A DNA stretch of 62,327 nt, filler included, from Choristocarpus tenellus KU-1152 (Eukaryota > Protista > Phaeophyceae), in the NCBI GenBank assembly GCA_964200185.2. It is 11 parts of 11 records of this genome, joined end to end, with 100 filler letters (N's around TTAATTAATTAA, not from the genome) between each part and the next. Parts side by side here need not be neighbours in the genome. Positions count along the whole stretch, not along the records: positions 54,367 to 57,859 come from CAXNAD020019654.1; positions 57,960 to 62,327 come from CAXNAD020014878.1; 9 more parts are not named here. One strand, given 5' to 3'. How positions within the stretch are numbered: the stretch's first letter is position 1; the number at the start of each line of letters is the position of its first letter. Shown one piece after another: positions 54,608 to 62,327 of the stretch. The translations under genes were made by a program, and so were the position numbers. The notes beneath the pieces are model-generated. The model was not told the DNA's origin, searched no databases, and saw nothing but the letters and a program-made list of their open reading frames with translations.

Positions 54608-56570
54608 CTGTGATGTGTATGTCGTATCACTCCCCCAACTCCCCTTTGTTTTTACACAACCTTGGAAGCACAGTACTTGCATAGTACAACTCTTCTTCTC
54701 AATTACGCATCAGTAATCTACTTTTTTTTTTAAAGGACAAAAACTGTTTGGATAGCCGGCTTTGTAGGCAGAGAGCAAACGACTTTTACGCATTATTTCG
54801 GGCAGCGGAGACCATGGTCTGAATTGACTCAACTGTCTGACCCTCGATGGATGTAGGAGAGGAAAATGGTCCTCAGTACTTTCCAGGACATTCTATGTCA
54901 ACGGAGTGTTTGCTGGGCGAGTATGGCGGTGACAATAAATTGTAATTTTTTTTGCAATATTTAGTTTCTTTTTTTCCTGGTCAGAATTGTTCAGTTTATC
55001 GCTCTTTTTTTCTTTAAAAAAAAATAAAATGATAGGAACCTTGTAATCGTGGGGAGGTGGGGGGTCAATTTTAACCATTTTTTCAAAAGAGTTTTCATGG
55101 CCTTTTCGGAACTTTTTTTTTTTTAATACATGCTGTGCCCCCATCCCAGGAATGCATTCGACTCCCGTTTTACCTTGGGGAGGGATTGTGGCTGTGGAAG
55201 AGAAGATTAGCAGTGATACTGGGAACGCATTCCTTTCATAAGAGCGCCCTCCACAATGTCGCTTGAAATTGAGAATGCATTTCACGAGCTGATCACTCGC
55301 AGGTGCCCTTTAGAGCTCAACTGTAACCATCTCCTGTGATGGTATCACTCAAAAGATCAAACTACTCAAAAGATCAAACTACTGCTAGTGTGTGAAAAGA
55401 CGAGTGACGCATAATAGGGGGCTATTTTGCATAACTATGATTTGGATTAAATGGACCCAAGCATTGCTATTCTATGACGCAGGTCAAATGAGGCCCAAGC
55501 GTTCCAGGGCGACCCTGATAGCGATGAGCACTATATATATATATATATATATTTTATATATATATTTTTCTTTATTTTTATTTTTCACGTGGTGTTATTT
55601 TGTAGTTGACAGAAATTGAGGAGTTTCCTGGATTAGTGTGGGTGGGCAACTTGCCCTAAGAGCAACAGAAATTTCCCTGGGTTTATTTTCTTTTGAAAAA
55701 CGATGTGAGCCGGTGTGAAGTGTAATGTATTGTTGCAGCAGTATGAAATAGGTGTGGAGTGGAATTTTTGATAGTCTTTCTTAGAAAATGATTTCAAGGT
55801 AATTAAATTGATTATTTCAAGATAATATTTTCTCATTTAAAATAAAATAAAATGTGCAAGTGATTGTAATTGTGCTGCAGTGCTTTTTCTGTTGTCCTTG
55901 TTGAAGGTTTTAGCCCTTGTTATTTTGAGAGTATCTTGGTGGTAAAGATATTTTGTGTAGGATTGAGCATGCCATAGGAGTTGTCGAGACCCCTCCCCCC
56001 CCCCCTACATGCTTGTAGCTTTGACAAATGCCCCAAGTATCACCCCGGCTGGTCCCCTTCTTCTACACCTTCTGTCTATATCTATACCATAGATACACCT
56101 GAAGCATGCTTTAAAGGAAGATCTCATTGAAGGGTGCACAGATAAGATTATCCAGGTCATGTATGTCAAAATGCTCTGGACTGTATATTTAGGAGTATGA
56201 ACAGTTTTACCTGAGCATGTTGATGAAAACACTATGAATTCATGATTACCAGCAATAAGAGTATTATCTAGATTTGATGGAGTGAGGAGTTAATGGGGTA
56301 CCCCAACGCCGCTGTTGATATCACCTACCTGTATTTCAACACTGCAGATCTCCATGGCCTGATTTGGACAGACTGTCTCTGTTGCTCAATAACAAGTGGC
56401 TTTAGTCCAATGCAATTGGCTTTGGAAGATGGCAGTAGGATTAACCTTAGTAGCAACATTTACACACACGCACATGAGGCGTTGTGTGATGGGTTCTTAT
56501 TCGCTGGTGATTCAACAACCGTGGACTACCCCCTTGTTCTATTTTGTGTGTGTGTGTGTGTATGTGTCAG

Positions 56571-57595
56571 GTGCTGATTGGTCTGGTGAAGGAGGTGTTA
56601 CCTCTTCTCCTTCGCCGGGAGGGAGTCATGGTGCAGGCGTTCACAAGGAGGCGTTTGGAGGAGGTACATGATCTTCAGGTATAGGGTGGGGGAGGGGAAA
56701 GAAAGAGGAAGAAGACTTGTATATATATACATATATATATATAACAATCTTACTACAGTGTCATATGCTAGACTATTGTTTGTGTGGTCTTGATGTGGTA
56801 CTTGGCATGGTCAAGAATGAAGCACTTGACACAGCATGTGGCATGTGCAGTGCAAGCTAGGGAGTCACCTAAAACCTTCCTTAAGAAAGAGAGTGAGAGA
56901 ACGATATCAAATTCCGAACTATAGATGTGGACTATAGATGCACCTACACCTTGTCATATATATGCTTTTAGTTACACCTCAAGCTGCACTTGCCCTATAC
57001 TCTGAGAATGTTCCTCATCACCCTAACCCTTCAACTATGTGTGATGGTTACAGCGTCTGATGCAGTCCAACCAGTCGCACAATTACTAACCATTGGTACA
57101 TTTAAAACTCTATATACAAATCGTATTTGCATTGAAAACAGGAGCACACTACTCTGTATGCACACACCCCTCTTCCCCCTCCAAGATCCAAATATCGGCT
57201 CTCTCTTCCACCACTGGAATAAAAAAACTATTACCGATTGTCCTCCTTACTCACCCATCTCAACCATTGACCCTATCTGTCAATGATAAAAATCTTCCCC
57301 TTGAAAAATATGACAGCTGCAGGTCACTCCAACCACCTCCTTGCAAGGGGCACCCCCTCGCGGTTCCAGAGATGGTCAGCACATGAAGGTGTTGGGAACA
57401 AATTTACATCAAAGATCGCGCATCCAAGCTCTAGCAATGCAGGCAGCGCACACAGGGTATGTGGAGGAGGGCGATGCTGGGGAGGAAGGCATAGGAATTT
57501 CAAGGCACCTGATTGATACCTGGCAGGCATTCACATCCCTTGTGCAGCAACGGGGTGGAGTAGAACCACAGGCATCCCTGTTGCCAGAGTATTGA
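56571..57595 (+). CDS. Last two exons of a hypothetical protein
   Basis: Exon 56571-56678 (VLIGLVKEVLPLLLRREG...DLQ|gt) joins in phase 0 to 57323-57595, which ends in TGA. Confidence 0.5.
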
Positions 57596-57959
57596 CAAAA
57601 CTAAGGGTATACCTCACCCCTCACAGTATTGTGGGGCGAGGGGAGAGGTAATGCTGCAACAGAGGTAGGTGATCTCTTACTCTCTCAAGGTTTAGTAAGG
57701 GTTTTGAATGCACGGAAAATGAGGTGTATGTACATATATTATTAATTTTTTTTTACCATTACCTGGGATCAACCAAGGAGCGGGGGGGGGGGGGGGGGGG
57801 GGGGGTGTGGCCCCCCCACAAAGGGGGGTGTGTTTTTTTTTTTTTGGGGGTCTTGCTCCNNNNNNNNNNNNNNNNNNNNNNNNNNNNNNNNNNNNNNNNN
57901 NNNTTAATTAATTAANNNNNNNNNNNNNNNNNNNNNNNNNNNNNNNNNNNNNNNNNNNN

Positions 57960-58083
57960 CGCATACATTTTACCTACTCTGAAACATTTTGGAGTAGGTA
58001 GATTGTCATTTAAAACCCATGAGAAGCCAAGCCCCAAATGGACAAACAGGGCAAAAATCGTACCCTCTGAGATAGTTTCACTC
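57960..58083 (+). mobile_element. MITE family A, 3' half
   Basis: Central hairpin and right TIR ...gatagtttcactc. Confidence 0.85.
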
Positions 58084-58445
58084 AAGGTGGAATCCATGAG
58101 AACGAGAACATCAATGGTATGGAAGCATGAATTTTACTTTGTTACCAGGCGTGAGGTTTCACAAATGCGCTTGGGGAGCATGCGGTGAGAGGGAGGGTGT
58201 ATATTTCGTCGGAATCGTGTCTGTTGAGTACAAGACCGGTACCCTCAAAACATTTATCGGGGGTAATCTATGGTACTTTTTTTTGTAACATGTGACAATC
58301 ACTATGCATGAGAATGCAATATTTTTCAAGATTGTTTTCTAAAGGCTGTAAAGGCTGCCTCCTACTGAAGTTGCACCATACTTTTTTGGCTGCCACCAAA
58401 TACAAAAATTAGCTATCAAGTCCCCTAAAGAAAAAATCGACTTAC

Positions 58446-61400
58446 CCAGTGGGTACGCAGCAGCAAGGCGCTCGTGCAACGCCTGGTACCGCTGATCCAC
58501 CTTCAGGGTGACGTCTTCGGGAACGCTCTTGAGCTGGTAGGTTGGTGCATCTTGGATACAAGGTGGGTGGCCGATGAAGAGGTCGTGCGGAGGGGCGTTG
58601 GGGTCGATAGCAAGGTCTCCGCCTATCCCACTCCATTCGGTGCTGTGCATGTATCGCTTTACGCTAACCTTAACCCACCCATCACCGCCTTTTTCAACGC
58701 GAAAAGCCCTGTAGCTCATGATATTGGGGACACGGTTGACGCGACCGCGAAGGAGTCCTTTCAAGTTTCCCTCGTTCAGTAGGGTCTTGTAGTATACTGG
58801 AACCTCGGTGTAAGAGGCCTGCATCTCTTTACCCAGCTGTGTTCTTGTGAATATGTTCTTCCCTTTTATACCATGTGAAAACCTGCAGGTGAAATGCAAG
58901 CAAGTTAATTTCGAGGCAGAGGCGAAAGAAGCGAAGTGGAGAAGCGAGATATATATGCAGGCACATGCTTCGATGCATGTATATGGAAGTATAGATATAA
59001 AAAGGGGTGATGCGTACATTTTTTGTTGTTTTGTTTCGAGAGTGTGTTACGAAACAAATTTGGCAGCTGTCCTTATCGTTCAATTTTGTTGTGGGAAATC
59101 AAACGTCAATCAATCAATTACAGTGTACGACCATAAACTCTCCATGGATGCAACAAGCGTGAGCTGCAAGCCTCAAGGCAGTATCTGTCCGTATAAAAAC
59201 ACCATGTGGCTATCGAACTTGCATATCTTGCCTAATTACCTGGAGAAGATCTGATCAATTTTGATGTGCATGTGCCGCACCATCATAAAATGTATCTCGA
59301 CCATACGAATGACACTCGCCGCGACCAACAGCCCTGCATATCCGAGAAAAAAAATGTTCTTGTTATCTGAGACGCAGTTGTCGACCTGGCCAGTTTGGGG
59401 AGTTGGGGGCGAGGGAGGGATAGGCGTGAGGCCGATATGTCAGCCCATTTCGCCGCGTTTCGTGGAGGAACAGGGTATGTTTCCAGTACAGCTAGAGCGT
59501 TACCTCTACATCACCACCATCATACATGCAGATTGCAACACACAAACCAAAACTAAAGACCGTGCAGTTAGTTACTTGGTGACCGGTATTCAGCGAGTAT
59601 GTGTTGAGTAGTTCGTGTCAAGATGAAAATTTCTTACCTGCCAATGCACGTGCTGGATGATGCAACTTCCTGCATGATCGAGGCTGTTGTGGTACTTGTT
59701 GATAAGCCTTGTGAGGGCAAGGTGAGTGGATGTGCTGACAAGGTTACAACCTGCGCGAACGATGATGTCCGTCGTTAGTTGGCAGAAAGTACTCTGCTTA
59801 CTTACGCATTGCTTATTTGGAGCTAAAAAGAGGGGTAATGGAATTTGTTTATGCAATGTAGAGCACATACACCAGAATGGCTGATGTACATGTCTGTGTG
59901 TTTTCCTCCTCATTGATTAGCTCTTACGCTCCTCTCGCCCTAACCCTAAGCTGCGTTGTAGGAGGGCAGGGGAGCACAGCGCATGATCAGTTAATCGACT
60001 GTTCACTAGGCCTGCGGTATCTGTAGGCACATCGTGTAAGGAGGATATACTTGTCCTTACGGATTTAACCTACGGCAGGCCCACTCGCCACGACGGAATA
60101 TCAAGTGGTGCATGCGCAACCAGCATCTATTCAGTCATGTGATTGTTTGCCACGACCTACAATACGTACCTCCTCCAAGATTGATAGGAGTGAAGAACAC
60201 CTCCGTGAACTGGCCTTCGACGTGTGCGGCCATGATCTTCTGGCGCTCGGAGTAGCCCCTGATAAGAAGGACATGAACGAAAGGAACGTGTAAAGAAAGG
60301 TTCTGCAGTGCGTCGTCATCATGATGAACGGAATAGGTAGTGGAATTATGTGCGTCTGTTTTGATGATTATTTCTTGGGACTTTGCACTCATTCGTAGAA
60401 TAAAACACGATCGTCTATTCTGTTCCGCGTGCGGCTGCAAATTTGTTGTTGGATGGACTATGCGTGTGTGTGGTTACCTGTCACCGCCGTGGGTAGTTGG
60501 GTAAAGTGCTGGGAGGGCGTGTGCTATCTGGTTCGCGGCGTATACGGACATAAACACGAAGCCGAGAGGTTTGCCGTCGGCTTTGGCCCGCATGGCGCTG
60601 CTGGTGCTGTTGGTGATGACCAGCCGATCCGTTTGGATAATCTGGCGAATGGGGGACAGCAACATCATGTGAATCAATCAAATAAATCTGCTCAGAGTTA
60701 AAAAAAAAAGTCTCTTGTTAACACGTATCAGGTTAGTAACAAAAATGGAGTGTAGGTAACAATAAATGTTTGTCTTTGGATATGTTTTTTATTGCTACGC
60801 TGAAGACAAACACAATGTTATCGGGATGGTAGGAAGTACGTACGTACGGGGCCGGAAGACCGCTACATGACCTGTCCCTCCCACAGTCCGTTGTACACGA
60901 CCAGGAACCAGTCTATCATACAAGGTGTTTGGGGAGCTAATAACAACATTTTTGCGGTGAGCGAAGCTACTGCTGCTGCCATAAGCACCCACGTGGGAGT
61001 CTTCATTCGCAAAAGGAAACAGATGTTCTTGAAAATGGAGGGCAATGACGGCGAGATGTTGCCACTGTACCCTTGTTGCAAAATTAACGCTGGACACCTA
61101 CCTCTCGATGGTCTGACAGCTCCTTATCGATGGACTCGAGGACAGTGGAGTCGCTCGTGGGTTTTACACCAGGCGCACTGTGCCGCTTCTCTTTTAACGT
61201 GACACATATGTCACATTTCATAAACTCGCCTCCTACCATCACCCTTATGTTGGGCCTGTCCTCTCTGAGCAATTGGAGGAAGTGCGCCCTGCTTACCCGC
61301 TTGGAAGGGTCGTCAGGATACACCTGTATTGCCTCTTTGCAAAAATCCTTGTATAACTCCTAATAAAAAATGTTGGGTGTGTGGGCAAGTGAGGAGTTAT

Positions 61401-62125
61401 TGAGAAGGAACACTCGAAGAACACCCCTGCAAGATCTCTCGAAGGCGGACTGACCAATAACTTGACTGAGAACGCGGAAGACAGGATCAAGCGAGTTTAC
61501 ATCGTGCGTTACAAAGGAGAAAATACAATGATCTTCGTAAATCTGCCATGAGCGTCATTATGTTCAGGCCTCGCTGCGTTTGCAGAGGCGGCAAAGGAGG
61601 CGAATCTACCATCATCATCATCATCATCGCGAAGCACTATAGACATACGAAGTACACACTTTTCCTACCAATGTCAGACCGGGCCCGGGGCCGCAGAGTA
61701 GGTGTACACGGCGTTGAAATAATAATTATTGTGTCTTCCTTCGTAAAATCGACGAAGAGTATCATTATGAACATTGTAATCTCGACATAGCAATCGAAAA
61801 AAATAGTACTTCATACGAATCTTGACAGGTTCTTTTAACCATAATATCAGACCGGTCAAAGTAATGAACATCCGCCATTCAAAACACTACTTACATTCAC
61901 CTTTTCTACATACTGCCCGGTCACACGGTTTGCATGTAATTCCAACACAGGGTGCGGCCAATCTCTCCACAACCAAGGGCAAAACCGACCTGTTTGTTCG
62001 CGGCGTACATCACAATTGTGGACTTGTGAAGCATGAACTGCCCGTATGTATCAGTCCAGTAGTCTATCCAGGACATCACCAGGTCTCGCTTCGGAGCCAT
62101 GTCCTTATCTTTGTTCGTGCTGTTC
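58446..62125 (-). mobile_element. Intron-containing Sola-type (DUF7869-like) DDD transposase gene, partial
   Basis: Exons 62125-61990, 61359-61102, 60641-60478, 60258-60170, 59750-59638, 59385-59240 and 58882-58446 splice into ~447 stop-free codons. Motifs: FMKCDIC, GGGCNL, WQVDNCVSDNKN, FMMVRHMHIKIDQIFSR. Confidence 0.85.
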
Positions 62126-62327
62126 CTGTTGTAGTAGCGCACGTATGTATATGAATGGATGGGAGATGTGTTGGAGGTGGATACAAGGGACGGGGGATGG
62201 AATCCTAGAGGGATCGTATGCCAGCAGCGGATCACATATTCTGTAGATATTTACGCGTGGTAACTGCTGCTGCAGCAGCGTGGGGACGGTCGGATGAGAT
62301 GATATTGTTGAAGCATAAAAAAACATA

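Noticed and set aside
4855-57959. Recurrent TTAATTAATTAA inside N runs
   Set aside because: Scaffolding linker with stops in all six frames; not biological. Several gaps abut G/C runs or MITEs, as expected for assembly breaks.

Overview
Eukaryotic, intron-rich, repeat-rich scaffold. Ten 100-bp gaps (N44-TTAATTAATTAA-N44) are artificial linkers, so adjacency across them is not proven. Bipartite/tripartite plastid presequences and the gene families suggest a photosynthetic stramenopile, probably a brown alga or close relative (inference). Spliced genes reconstructed by eye: a plastid-targeted aldose-1-epimerase/glucose-6-phosphate 1-epimerase family protein, an unknown thylakoid-lumen protein, part of nucleoporin TPR, a coiled-coil protein, a RING-finger protein, an ankyrin-family C-terminus and two unknown fragments. 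The most notable item is a transposon system. A Sola-type (DUF7869-like) DDD transposase is split over at least 7 phase-consistent GT-AG exons at 58.4-62.1 kb. About 20 copies of three MITE families share related termini; families A and C start GAG and end CTC, and young A copies have 4-bp TSDs. These MITEs show a flip-flopping internal hairpin loop, short (TTAGGG)n insertions, nested insertions and CpG decay. Decayed hAT, LINE (RTE-like), Copia and solo-LTR-like remnants are also present.
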